A stretch of 64,000 nucleotides of DNA from Stramenopiles sp. TOSAG23-6 (lineage: Eukaryota): the NCBI GenBank assembly GCA_900128565.1, contig LT635912.1:1-64000 (forward strand), given 5' to 3'. Positions 32,320 to 43,519 of this stretch are shown here, in pieces. Each line of letters opens with the position of its first letter. Positions within the stretch are counted from its first letter, which is position 1. The translations under genes and the position numbers were made by a program. The notes under the pieces are model-generated. The model searched no databases. It was not told the DNA's origin and saw only the letters and a program-made list of their open reading frames with translations.

Positions 32320-35300
32320 ATGAAGACAATGTCCGCTTACCAACTCGAACGTGCTGTACAACAAGCTATTGTGGAGGTAAAAAAAGTCTTGGATGTGAAT
32401 CGAAATCCCAAGTACCCTCCACGTGTTCAGCACAAGTACAATGACAAGTTTACTTTAGTCACATTTGGTGCGCGTGCTGCTGCGGCATCACTCAAATCCC
32501 ATTTAAAGGAACTTGGACTTACCGACAGCAAGCTCAAAGTATTACTAGATGCTTCTCGGGGAGGTAAATCAGTGACTCTTGCCTTTGCTGCTGGAGATTC
32601 GATACGTTTCAACCGTAAAGAAGAACGAGAAGTCGTTTCTGGCGATAAGATTGTTACCACAGAAAATGGTTTTTTTGGAAACAAGAAGCAAACTAAAACT
32701 ATCGTCACCACAGTGACAGACTATTACTGGAATATCGAATACCATTGGAAATTATATGCATTCTTTGGTGTTGACAATTCTTCTTCAAGTGTAAACAACG
32801 AAGAAGCAAAAAACACAAAAAAAGAAAATTCAGATAATACAATCACTTTGTTGGAGCGTAAGTCAACTACTTTTGAAATTGTGACTAATTCAGATAAACG
32901 ACCATATAATTCTTCTCGATATTCGGGTCAACCTTTAGAAGTATGTATTGATTGGTTTATTCGCTTATTTGATGAATCTGGAAGTATAAATTTTTCTATT
33001 GACAGAACTTCCAAGAATTGTAAGACACCCGCACAAAATGATGAAATCATTGCAACCAAGGCATTTTTCTTTGATTCTTGGCGGCCTTTTTCAAATGGTG
33101 TTCAACATTTCATAAATAAAATATACAAAGCTACGCAACGCATGGCTAGTGAAACTAAAGGCCAATCTCAATTAAAGGATATGACGAAACATCTTTCGGA
33201 GTATAAAAAATTTCCACTTGTTTTTTCAGTTTTTACTTTTGAAGAAGAAGATGAAAATGGAACGACATCTACTGAATTGACACTTGCTCAAGATGATTTT
33301 TTGCATCTTGTTAAACAACATGATGTGTCTTTAGGAGATACGCTTGAAAGAGTTGATCAAATTAAAACAGAACAGGCGATGGATTTTGGCATAGAAAATC
33401 GATTATTTTTATCTGCAATGTTCATTGAAGGTGTTGGAACTCAGATAGGAAGTATTGTTGAAGGCGTTGAACGAATGTTACGAGATCAAGTCATCGCCGC
33501 TGTTGGTAAGCACATAGAACCCAAAGACTTTTCTGAATATATGGACTTTCATAATAGGATGATTTTTCGTGATCAATATCGTCCACGTGGTTTCTGTTAT
33601 GATATCCGCAGAGAAGGACATGCACCTCAAGGTTCCTTAAGCATTGAAGTTAATTCAAATGATAATAATACGGATTCATGCATTCAAACTCAAGTGATGT
33701 ATGCGAAATCAAAAGAACCAATGAAATTTCCATTAAGTGCGGCCTCTGAGGTTGCTATGCTTGGAGATCGGTATCTCCATGCTGCGATTTTGCATCAATT
33801 TTCATATCAAAAACCCTCTCTATTAAATTTGTGTGTTCGAGCTCGTCAATTTAGTTCATTTGTTTTAATGATTGGAAATATTTCAGGTCCAAATCTTTTT
33901 ACGCCGTCTGCTGCAATTATTTTAAAAAATAAGGATGTATGCTTTCATCATTTTGTGTACAGTTATTTTTTTCTCTAAGAAAATTGTGTACCTCACGACT
34001 TTTTTGTAAAGTTTATTTTATAATATTTTTTCACAATGCATGACTTGAAGATTCCATTATTATTAGAAACAATCCCGACACCAAAGGAATTTAAAGATGC
34101 TATTGACTCTTTATCACCTGAACAAAAACGATTTTGTAAGGCCTTTCGTTCAATGCAGTTGGCAAGTACACTTTTTGGAGTTTGTGTTATTCAAATTAAG
34201 CCTCAATTGGAGAAAGTTCTTAATCTTCCACCTGATAGTTTAACTAAACAAATTAAGTTAACGCAAAATCTCACTGAACTTTTTATAAAGTATCAAATAC
34301 CATCCGATCTGCTATCATTTGCTGGTGATGCCAGTGAATCTTGCGATGCTAAAATAGCTGCTGTTGAAAAACATGTATCTAGTGTGTATGAAGTGATTCA
34401 AGCAGAAAAAGACAAAGAATTAAAAGAAAAAGAAGAAGAAAGGAAAAAGGCTAAGGAGAAGGAATTATTAGCTTCCGCAAGAAAAGAAGCAGCTCTGATG
34501 GACAGTGCTTCACAGTTTGGTGGGTTTGGTGGCGCGCGACCAAGGATGAGTAAATCCCGTGGTGCTGTTCCAAAATCACTATGTATGAAACCTCAAAGGA
34601 TGATGATGCGCAGTATGGCCGCCGCCGGCGCCGCCCCCCCAGCTCGAGCTGTACCCTATGGACTAGGAGCTGCAAATGCTTTACATTCGGTTGATACCCT
34701 TTCTTCTGTCGGCGGCGCCGCACCACCAGAAATGGAAATGGATTTCGGGCCCTCACTCGAAGAGATGAGTTCAGAAGCACCACATGAACGACAATCTCAT
34801 GAAAGTCAAGGAAGTAAATCCGACAAAGTATCGACAGCAAGTGATGGATCTTTAGGCACTCCAATGGGTTCTTCGTCAAGTACAAGTATTGATGTGACCA
34901 AGGTACCTGGTATGCTTGACAAGCGTATGGAAAAATTTGATGCTGATGGCTCAGTGAGACCAACAAAGATAAAAATAGGCCCAACATGGAAATTAAAATC
35001 CCAGGATGGTTTATTGTCAAAGCCTAAAAATAAGAATATAAATAATACTTGCCAGTCTGGGTTAAAAAACAGTGCTTTCGATCTTTTGGATGCTCTGACT
35101 TTATCTGGCGGGTTAAGTATTGATCATGCCAGTCTCCATGTCATCATTGCTGCTACACATTACTTTGATAAAACACTTATGGATACTATAGTTAAAGGTA
35201 ATGTAAATCCCATCGAAAAAGTTGAACGGACTAGCCTAATAGTTGCAAGTACAATTCAAGGGAAAAGAACTGGAGATTTGATTAAAAACGACCAACTCGA

Positions 35301-35349
35301 AAGACTTTCAGAGGTGAATCCTGCTCTGTTTGCAATATCAGATTCTTGA
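32320..35349 (+). CDS. Conserved-looking hypothetical protein; exons 32320-33936 and 34042-35349
   Basis: Two long ORFs joined in frame (ILKNKD|DLKIPLLLE) by a family intron. Confidence 0.8.
33937..34041 (+). other. Non-canonical GT-AT intron, 105 nt, phase 0
   Basis: GAT|GTATGC...GTACCTCAC...AATATTTTTTCACAATGCAT|GAC. Confidence 0.85.
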
Positions 35350-35573
35350 GATCGACTTATCATTATTTGGATAAGAGATAATGCGTAAGTGGTCACAATG
35401 TCGCATTATTTTCTAGTGGTTTATTATTACCTTGGATGTGTACCAAGAAGCCGAGAAAGGATCTTAGATAATAAAAACTACATTTATTTTATTTAGTAAT
35501 CAAAATTTCAGACTTTTAAGATTTCTACGTATATATAATATATAACCTATTCTATTATTTTACTAACATGGCA

Positions 35574-37391
35574 CTAACATGTATCACGTAAACCCCGTGA
35601 TTTAACAACTGGTAAGAGCCACGTTATACACCCTGAAAATATACAAAGGCACACACACAACACTAATGCAAAGACGGGATGTTTTGCATATAAAATTGCA
35701 ATATCTGTACTAAGAAAACCACCAATTCTTGCGAAAGCTGTTACAAGACCTAATCCTGAAGCTCGTAATGTCGTTGGAAATATTTCCGTAGATAATACCC
35801 ATAGACTCTGATTAAACCCTAAAGCAAAAGCTCGAGCAAGGAAAAGTAATGTTGTTATAAATAAAGAAGGGATATATTTGGCAACACCAGAAATTTGTGT
35901 CGTAATTGAAATACCAAGTATGGAAACAGCAGTTAAAAAGAACATCAAGGAGACAGTGCCTCGACGACCTATTCTATCAATTAAATAAATGGCAAAGAAT
36001 AAACCGGGTAACTCACCAGCATTCGTATATAATACTTGTAAATATTCCATATTACTCATACTGCGGCACTTGTTTGTGTCTTTTGGTTCATTGAATTCTT
36101 TTACAAAATCTACAGTTAGCAAAATTAATACATAATATATGATAGCCATAAAAAGAAACAAAGTTGCAAGAATAAATGTACTTCGACGCAAATTTAAATA
36201 GTCATTTGCATCAACTGAATTTTCTAAATATTCAGCATCATTCATTGTGTTTTTCTCGGCAATTCCATTAATTGATACATCACCTAAATCAACTTCCATA
36301 TTTCTTATATCATTACTATTTTTGCCTCCACAACAACGAGAAGGTAACAAAGTTAAAATTGATGCAGATCTATTTGCATTAGCATTTTCCATATTAATTG
36401 AAATTTTCTTTTGTAGATTGATACCAAGGCACATATGTAATGCAGACTCAGTGCCATTTACGATAGCAACGTATCGTAATAATTCTGTAGCCTCCTTATC
36501 ACGACCAGTAGTTAAAAGGAACCGAGGGCTAGGGGGAACTGGTGAAAATTGCCAGGATTTATAGTTACAAGTTCCTGGTAATGAAATAATCAATAAAACT
36601 ACAGACGGTATTGCCGCACACACTAACATTAGTCGCCATGATTCCCCAACAAACGTTGGCCCTGCTGAAAGTGTGGCCCAAGACACCAATGCCATACAAA
36701 CACCTCCAACAGAAAACCACAGAAAAAATAATAACAAATTTTGCCCTCGGTGCCGCCGTGGCAAAAACTCTGCGTATAGAGCCAGGGCAGCAGGTGCCCC
36801 ACCGAGACCTATTCCGACTAAACCTCGCCATAAAGCAAGCGACCATAGAGATTGTGAAGTAGCACTAGCCAGTCCACACAAACCCACAAAACCAACAGTG
36901 GTAGCATAGCCCACTCTACGACCTAGTCGATCAGACAAAATTCCTATACTTATACTCCCAAGAAGCATTCCGATAAAAACAGTCTGTGTAATCATTTTTT
37001 TCTGACCACTATTTAGGTCCCAACTACATGCCACAGATGTGGTAAGAAAAGAAATAATTAAAAGTTCCATAGCATCAGCCAATTGTGTAAGACCACAAAT
37101 GAATAAGAGCCGTCGCTGAAACTTACCATATCCAATACTTTCTAAAACAAGATCAAGAGGAACAGTTTCAACCAGGCCACTAAGTAAGGGCGACGACACA
37201 ACATCGTCATCCTCTTCTAAACCTACTTCCACGGGTCGCAAAGACTCATCATGGAGCATGTTTTGTGAGCCGTTCACGCTTACACTATTACGATTAGTAA
37301 TGGTTATTTCAGGAGGAGAGCGAGAGAAACTCAAATCTGATGGATGATCCTCAGTTTTTCCATTTTTACGACAAACCTGCTCCATTTTCAT
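35574..37391 (-). CDS. SVOP/SV2-related MFS transporter
   Basis: IGYGKFQ, ADAMELL, SDRLGRR, AEFLP, EIFPTTLRASGLG. Confidence 0.9.
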   Translation of the reverse strand: MKMEQVCRKNGKTEDHPSDLSFSRSPPEITITNRNSVSVNGSQNMLHDESLRPVEVGLEEDDDVVSSPLLSGLVETVPLDLVLESIGYGKFQRRLLFICGLTQLADAMELLIISFLTTSVACSWDLNSGQKKMITQTVFIGMLLGSISIGILSDRLGRRVGYATTVGFVGLCGLASATSQSLWSLALWRGLVGIGLGGAPAALALYAEFLPRRHRGQNLLLFFLWFSVGGVCMALVSWATLSAGPTFVGESWRLMLVCAAIPSVVLLIISLPGTCNYKSWQFSPVPPSPRFLLTTGRDKEATELLRYVAIVNGTESALHMCLGINLQKKISINMENANANRSASILTLLPSRCCGGKNSNDIRNMEVDLGDVSINGIAEKNTMNDAEYLENSVDANDYLNLRRSTFILATLFLFMAIIYYVLILLTVDFVKEFNEPKDTNKCRSMSNMEYLQVLYTNAGELPGLFFAIYLIDRIGRRGTVSLMFFLTAVSILGISITTQISGVAKYIPSLFITTLLFLARAFALGFNQSLWVLSTEIFPTTLRASGLGLVTAFARIGGFLSTDIAILYAKHPVFALVLCVCLCIFSGCITWLLPVVKSRGLRDTC

Positions 37392-37511
37392 TAAATGTGT
37401 GTGTTACAAAAAATCAATATAATAACTTGCATTTGATATTTACTTCAGTGTTTACTTCATTAATTAACAAAATATTAGGTGTTTTTTTATATCACCAAGT
37501 GTACATTTAGC

Positions 37512-39076
37512 TCAAACAGCTGTAACTGTACATCCGTCACAATTACCAGAAAAGCAACCTGTATCGGTAGGTCGAGTTCTTCCTAGAACTTTCTCCAAAT
37601 CTTCTTCCTTCATATTAGCATCATATACATCACCAGCATCGTATCCAGCAAATACTTTAGCTTGGATCTCTACCTGTGCATCTGCAGGTACGAGATCCAT
37701 CGGAATCGCAACTCTATTGATAATCTTGATACCGCTATTAACAATCGCGTTGTATTTCATATCACTCATACTGACGAAATTATCAATTTGGGTAATGCCA
37801 AGCCAGTGCAATGCATCAGGCATCATCGATTGAAATCGAATATCTTGTACTCCAGCAACCCGCTCAGTACAGTTAAAATATTGACTTGCAGAATCTCCTC
37901 CTTCTTGCCGTTTTCTTAAATTATACACTAGATATTTAGTGACTTCACCAAGGCATCTACCTTCCTTTCGAAAATAAACACATGTATTTTGGAAAAATAT
38001 TTCAAAAAAAAATCGTTAGGTACAAACTTTCGTACGAAAAAAAATTAAATTGGAATTTGAAAAAAAAAAAAAACATACAGACACCAGCTCCGCCTTTTTG
38101 AGCAGTTTCGACACATAGTTGAATGGCATGAATTAAATATGGTCGACAGGTGCAAATGTCTGATCCAAAAACATCAGAACCATTGCATTCATCGTGTACT
38201 CGAACTGTAAGTTCTTTATTTGGATCTGTGATTGCTTTCACATCCCCAAATATGTATATAGTAAGCCCCCCAATGTATTGTGAAGAATAATTGTAGGATT
38301 TTTTTTGTTAGGTACGGAATTTCATATGAAAAAAAATTAAATAAACATTTAATTGTAAAACCATACATTGGAGGTAGAAAACATTTGAGATCTGGACGTG
38401 TCATTAACTCAGGATACATTCCATTCGTCTGTTCAAATAAACTTTGTCGGAGATGGTTCTCTTGACATCCAAAACGTCGCGCAATCTCTGGGAGGTACCA
38501 AACTGGTTCGATGGCTGCCTTTACAATGTTAACTTGACCGTTACTGTTAGCTACAACTTTCCCATCTACTTCCATTTTACCTGATTTAACTAGTTGAATA
38601 ATTTCAGGGACATCAATGTGTGCCATAGTCACGGCAATAGTTGGCCGGATATCGTATCCTTCCTTTAATAACGCACCAAAGTTGGATACAATTTCATGAC
38701 CAAAGGGGTCGAAAGCTCCAACTTTACTCGGATCTGCCCACTGTGGAAACGGTCCAATTTTCACTGGAGGTACTGTTGTTTCCAGTTCAGGAGTGTGATC
38801 ACGATCGACCTTGTCTTGTGCTGCAGCTAAGCCGCGATAAATACAATATGAGCCACTATGAGCACCAATGACATTTCTTTGAAATTTTTTACGGGTGTCG
38901 ACACTTGCAACAATTGGGCCACGCTTTGAAGCGTCTGATTCACCCCAGTTGATATCTAGTTGACCAAGTCGGCCTTTTTTTGGATGAGTTGTTAGAGAAA
39001 TATATGATAACTGTGGTCTCCTTGTGGGAGAACCGCATGTTTCTGTTTTTTTTTTTTTACGAACTGGTGAACTCAT
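37512..39076 (-). CDS. URG1-type GTP cyclohydrolase II family protein (GTP_CH_N plus GCH II domains); exons 39076-38367, 38272-38079, 37981-37512
   Basis: RNVIGAHSGSY, LPPIGG (spliced), RVHDECNGSDVFGSDICTCRPYL, YFRKEGR (spliced), SMSDMKY. Confidence 0.92.
37982..38078 (-). other. Non-canonical GT-AT intron, 97 nt, phase 1
   Basis: TCT|GTATGT...GTACCTAAC...CCAAAATACAT|GT; restores GAGVCVYFRKEG. Confidence 0.92.
38273..38366 (-). other. Non-canonical GT-AT intron, 94 nt, phase 2
   Basis: AAT|GTATGG...CGTACCTAAC...CACAATACAT|T; restores FLPPIGGLTIYIFG. Confidence 0.92.
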
Positions 39077-39417
39077 GAGTATAGTATTGGTTAATTCACA
39101 AAAAAATGCCGTATCTTGGAATTAAACACAGTTATTTTTCGGCAAGACGATACTACGAAGTCAAGAAACTTCTTCGAACGAAACTGAAATTCGACAAACC
39201 TGCTTTTGGACTTAAAAAATTTGACAACTGCATTTTGACAGCAAGATTTCACATTTTTGCGAGGTTTGCAAGCCAATCGTTCGTTGTTTGTGGTTTTGGT
39301 TTGCGTTATCTTATACATTATTAATAACAACACGCTTGCTCGTCTGTTTATTCGAAACGCTGTTGGATTCATTCCTGTGTTTTGGTATAGTAAACTTGAT
39401 CTTTACACTATAGTTCA

Positions 39418-40545
39418 ATGTCAGGTACATTCTCCTTCCTTGTTACAATCCTTGCTCTATCGCCATACCATGCAGCAGCAGCTATAACATGGAAATGTCA
39501 AGTTATTACCTCGGGTATGGAGGGGTTTGATTCGTGTCAAATGAAAATGAGAGCGTCAGGCCTCACAACGCAAGAACCGCAATGCTACCACCTTGGAGAA
39601 ACAGATCCCATATGGATTGGTAGTGTTGATAATTGGACGTCGTTACAGGGAAAAGGAGTTTGGTCTATCATTAAAGAATCCTCTGCCTATGCAGGTGACG
39701 CTGGTGGCTGCGAAGCTGTGACGCATAAAAGTGAAAGTATTTGCAATCAATCTTGTGAAAAAGCGGGTGCTCGCTTCATGGCAATTGTCGGTGTACACGT
39801 CAATGATGATGGCACACAGGTGTGTCCAACTCAAACAAAATGTTATATAAATACATCATCACTTTCAATGGGAGCTATAGTGGGTATTGTTGTTATCAGT
39901 CTCCTGTATGTGTTTGTTATGAGCTTTGTGATTCGGGAGCTCTACATAAAATTAAATGATGATCCTTTCGCTTTCAACTCAATGGAAGCAAAGGAAGCAC
40001 CACAATGGCTGAAACCTTGGCTGAAACATCCAGGAATTTTGTGTTGGGTTTTGACAGTGTTTACATTCAGTGCTGTTGTAGCTATTATAAGTGGATCATG
40101 TTCCCAATATTGGAAGATACCCGAAAGCAGCATAAGCGTTGGCTTCACTGTCTTCGGGTTTGCATTGCTGACTCTGATAACCCCAGCTTTAGGCTGTGCA
40201 ATGTGTAGTCTCTTCGAGTATATGTGCTATCGCCCAGCTATGGAAAGTACACAATACGAAATAGATCAAGGTGTAACACCTGTTGTAGCACATGACGTAT
40301 ATGTCCCCGGGGATCGATTTGGAAATGAAGGACACTGGCGAACTGACTTATCTGGCCCTGCAGTTGCTCAGGGCCAATGTCAGATAAGCTTCTGTATTCT
40401 TGGTTCAATAGCAGTTGTGGTTTCTTTATTGCCAATGATTCATGCAATCAACACAGCACATACATTTTGTTCATCACAGAGTGGACTTGGACCCAAAAAT
40501 CTTTTCGATGTGTTCTTTGGACCGGTTTTAGGACTTCTAATATAA
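39418..40545 (+). CDS. Hypothetical membrane protein with signal peptide, Cys-containing ectodomain and about 4 TM helices
   Basis: 375-aa ORF, hydrophobicity pattern. Confidence 0.7.
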   Translation: MSGTFSFLVTILALSPYHAAAAITWKCQVITSGMEGFDSCQMKMRASGLTTQEPQCYHLGETDPIWIGSVDNWTSLQGKGVWSIIKESSAYAGDAGGCEAVTHKSESICNQSCEKAGARFMAIVGVHVNDDGTQVCPTQTKCYINTSSLSMGAIVGIVVISLLYVFVMSFVIRELYIKLNDDPFAFNSMEAKEAPQWLKPWLKHPGILCWVLTVFTFSAVVAIISGSCSQYWKIPESSISVGFTVFGFALLTLITPALGCAMCSLFEYMCYRPAMESTQYEIDQGVTPVVAHDVYVPGDRFGNEGHWRTDLSGPAVAQGQCQISFCILGSIAVVVSLLPMIHAINTAHTFCSSQSGLGPKNLFDVFFGPVLGLLI

Positions 40546-40800
40546 TATAAACCAATGCTTTTAGCACTTGTAAAAAAAAAATCTATAAATTCCTTAACTT
40601 GAGTCTAATCTCGAAATCGGTGTAATAGTTTTGGAAAAGAGAGAGAGAGAGTTAGATATATTTATTTGTCTTATGAATCTAAAAAATAAAATAATATACA
40701 CTTTGATCAATATTACAAAAAATTGCTTTACCAATTGAAATATTATACACATTAAAGTATAGAACTATAAAACTGACTCTTGGTAAATTGCTTTACCAAT

Positions 40801-43218
40801 TTACCAATTTACAATCACTGAGAAAACCGAAATAAATACAATTAATCTACTATAATGGGAGAACAAACTACTCCCAATACCTTTTTTAATGTTGTCAATT
40901 GAGCACATAAAGGTCAAGATATCAGAATTAGTCTCAGGTTTCAAATCAGCAGTTGTAAAAGTTTTTGAATATAACTTGCATATTTTTGTTTTAAGATGAT
41001 ATGTAAAACTTTCGCACCCTTCTACTAACTTACATTGTTCACTACACGAAATCACTAATTCTTTGTTAGTAAAACTTCCTAAATCTGGAGCAAGTTCCCA
41101 GGTCGCATTAAATTTTGAACAACCACTAACATAATTTGTCCCTTGAGATGGACAAACAAATGTTTTCGTTTGTCCATCTATAGGAATTGGTGTTAAATCA
41201 GAAAGAAGCATCAAATTACTCCATAATTGACAAGTTTGATTCAAAGCTACATATGAAAAACTCCGACAACCATAATGTTCTACACATCTTGTATTACATA
41301 CAGATTCTTGAATATTATACAATATTGTTAAAGATTTTCTTTCTGTCACATAGCCACAATTTTCATATTTGTCACATTGCGAATATTCAGACTTTGATGA
41401 CGTTTTACATGTCTCAACTGTAGGTGCTTGTTTAGTTACAGGTGTTGCTGAACAAACACCATTACTACATTTTAAACCATCATTTCCACATGTATTTCCA
41501 GTGAGAGGATTAAAAGCATCTCCTGAGCCCCATCTCCATCCTTTCATACTCTTACACTCATTGCCATTTAATGATTTGCACATCACCTTACAACCATCGC
41601 CTTCAACACCACAAAATGTTCCAACTTGTTCAATATTTTCACATTGGGTTGTACTGCAAATGCCTTCGCTACAAATACCTTTCAATACACTATCTAATTC
41701 ACATGGTGATCCCTTTTTATACATACATGTATCTGTACAACAATCCTTATATAAATAAGAATCGGGTGAGCATTCTTTACCTGTTGTTAATTGACAATTT
41801 TGACAACATGCACAACTTATTTTGTTATCATCGCATTCACACGTTTCATTATAATCAACAACTCCATTTCCACATTTTGCTGTATATTCTCCAATATTGT
41901 TAGAGCATATTTTGCTCTTTATCGTATTATCTAAAAACGAACATACCTGAGCTTTCCTGTATTTCGTGTTGAATTGATATGCTCCTTCAAATCGACCATC
42001 GCCATAATCCATAATTCCACCCGTTGTACCTTGTCCTTCTTCAAATGAATGTTGGGCAGATAAAGCATGACCAACTTCATGTGCAAACGTGATCCAGGGA
42101 GGTCCAGCTTTGGGAAAGTATCTCGTGATTCCTTTATTATAGCTTCTACAAAGAGATGACATAAAAGCTAATCCTACTTGTACATTTTCTGTATCGACCA
42201 TGGGACATTTATTAAATAAATGCCATAATGCAACGTTAGCATCACCTGAAGGTTTTGCAAGTAAATACTGATCTAATTGAGTTTTGATTTTTGAAGCACA
42301 CTTAGCATAATTTGGAGTTGTTCCAGCATCACTATAAATGTTTTGTTCTTTTATCAAAAGGACCACATTTAGCTGATCTTTATAGATTCTATTGGCTTTG
42401 GCAATTACATGTTCTAAAAAGTATATTGCTTTGTCATTACTACCTAAAGTTTTGACTAATTCAGGGCCAATTTCTAAACCCATATTGATATAATGAGGAT
42501 TTGTATTTCCTCCTACGAAACAGTCTGACCACTTCACCACAGTTGTAGTTGAAAATGTAGTCGAAACAAGACGTCTACGGATATCATTCGAATATTTCAA
42601 TACTACAGAGTCATCTACATTTGGAGTTGGTGCAATATCATTAAATAAGAGATTATAAATGGGTAAGTGAGCGTGTTGAGAAATGTGTAACAAATGATTT
42701 CTTTTGGTCGTTCGGAAATCAAAACGTTCACCATCATGCGCAAAGAGACCATCAAAAATAATGTCACTTTTTACAACATGTGAAGAATTTTGGCCATGTT
42801 TACTATTGATACCGACTGCACTAGTCGTTTCTTCGGAACTGTCAGGGAAATGTTCCGGTAAAATCATTAGTAATCCGTCAGGAGACTCAAATTGGAGCAA
42901 AGCTACAGATACTATATCTTCATTGGAATACACTTTACTACTTTTACCTCTATCGTTATGAACATTAACTTTGAAATCACGAGCAAAGTACCTACCTAGT
43001 GTCTGTCGATGAAATACAAGGCTTAACTCCTTGTCAAAAATACTGAAATTCAACTGAAGAGAGGAAATTAGTGCGACTTCATCTCGAGTCAACATAGAGG
43101 TGACGTGACGAAATTTCGTGCTTGAACCACTTGGGATCAATGAATATGGAACTTCAACTTCAATGGCATCTACAGTGCCACAAAAAAGGAGTAGGAAATA
43201 ATATAACAGAAGCTTCAT
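40801..43218 (-). CDS. ADAM-like M12B (reprolysin) metalloprotease with disintegrin-like and two PAN/apple domains, C-terminal membrane or GPI anchor
   Basis: HEVGHALSAQH, Met-turn GIMDY, CGNGVVDYNETCEC, CxxxCxxxxGCxSF motifs. Confidence 0.88.
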   Translation of the reverse strand: MKLLLYYFLLLFCGTVDAIEVEVPYSLIPSGSSTKFRHVTSMLTRDEVALISSLQLNFSIFDKELSLVFHRQTLGRYFARDFKVNVHNDRGKSSKVYSNEDIVSVALLQFESPDGLLMILPEHFPDSSEETTSAVGINSKHGQNSSHVVKSDIIFDGLFAHDGERFDFRTTKRNHLLHISQHAHLPIYNLLFNDIAPTPNVDDSVVLKYSNDIRRRLVSTTFSTTTVVKWSDCFVGGNTNPHYINMGLEIGPELVKTLGSNDKAIYFLEHVIAKANRIYKDQLNVVLLIKEQNIYSDAGTTPNYAKCASKIKTQLDQYLLAKPSGDANVALWHLFNKCPMVDTENVQVGLAFMSSLCRSYNKGITRYFPKAGPPWITFAHEVGHALSAQHSFEEGQGTTGGIMDYGDGRFEGAYQFNTKYRKAQVCSFLDNTIKSKICSNNIGEYTAKCGNGVVDYNETCECDDNKISCACCQNCQLTTGKECSPDSYLYKDCCTDTCMYKKGSPCELDSVLKGICSEGICSTTQCENIEQVGTFCGVEGDGCKVMCKSLNGNECKSMKGWRWGSGDAFNPLTGNTCGNDGLKCSNGVCSATPVTKQAPTVETCKTSSKSEYSQCDKYENCGYVTERKSLTILYNIQESVCNTRCVEHYGCRSFSYVALNQTCQLWSNLMLLSDLTPIPIDGQTKTFVCPSQGTNYVSGCSKFNATWELAPDLGSFTNKELVISCSEQCKLVEGCESFTYHLKTKICKLYSKTFTTADLKPETNSDILTFMCSIDNIKKGIGSSLFSHYSRLIVFISVFSVIVNW

Positions 43219-43519
43219 TTCGATTTTGTTGTTGTATTTTTTTGTGTGTACCACTGTGTGTACCACTCAAAAACACATAAACTCAAACTGACTAGTAGCA
43301 CATATCTTATGACAGTTGGATGGACGTTGAAAAAAATAAATCATTGATTTCGTGTTTTCCACGAATTCGAATGCAATTTTTTTCATTTTTTTCAGCTTCA
43401 GGAGTCCATCAGAAAAAATAATATTTTTTAGAGTCCGAGAGGGGGAAGCTAAAGCTTTGATTAGAGAAATTAATCACAGAGCATTGCAATTAACACGATT
43501 ATAGCCACGTATATAAACA

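Noticed and set aside
39091-39487. Overlapping short ORFs in the divergent intergenic region
   Set aside because: No recognisable motifs; consistent with chance ORFs in promoter DNA.
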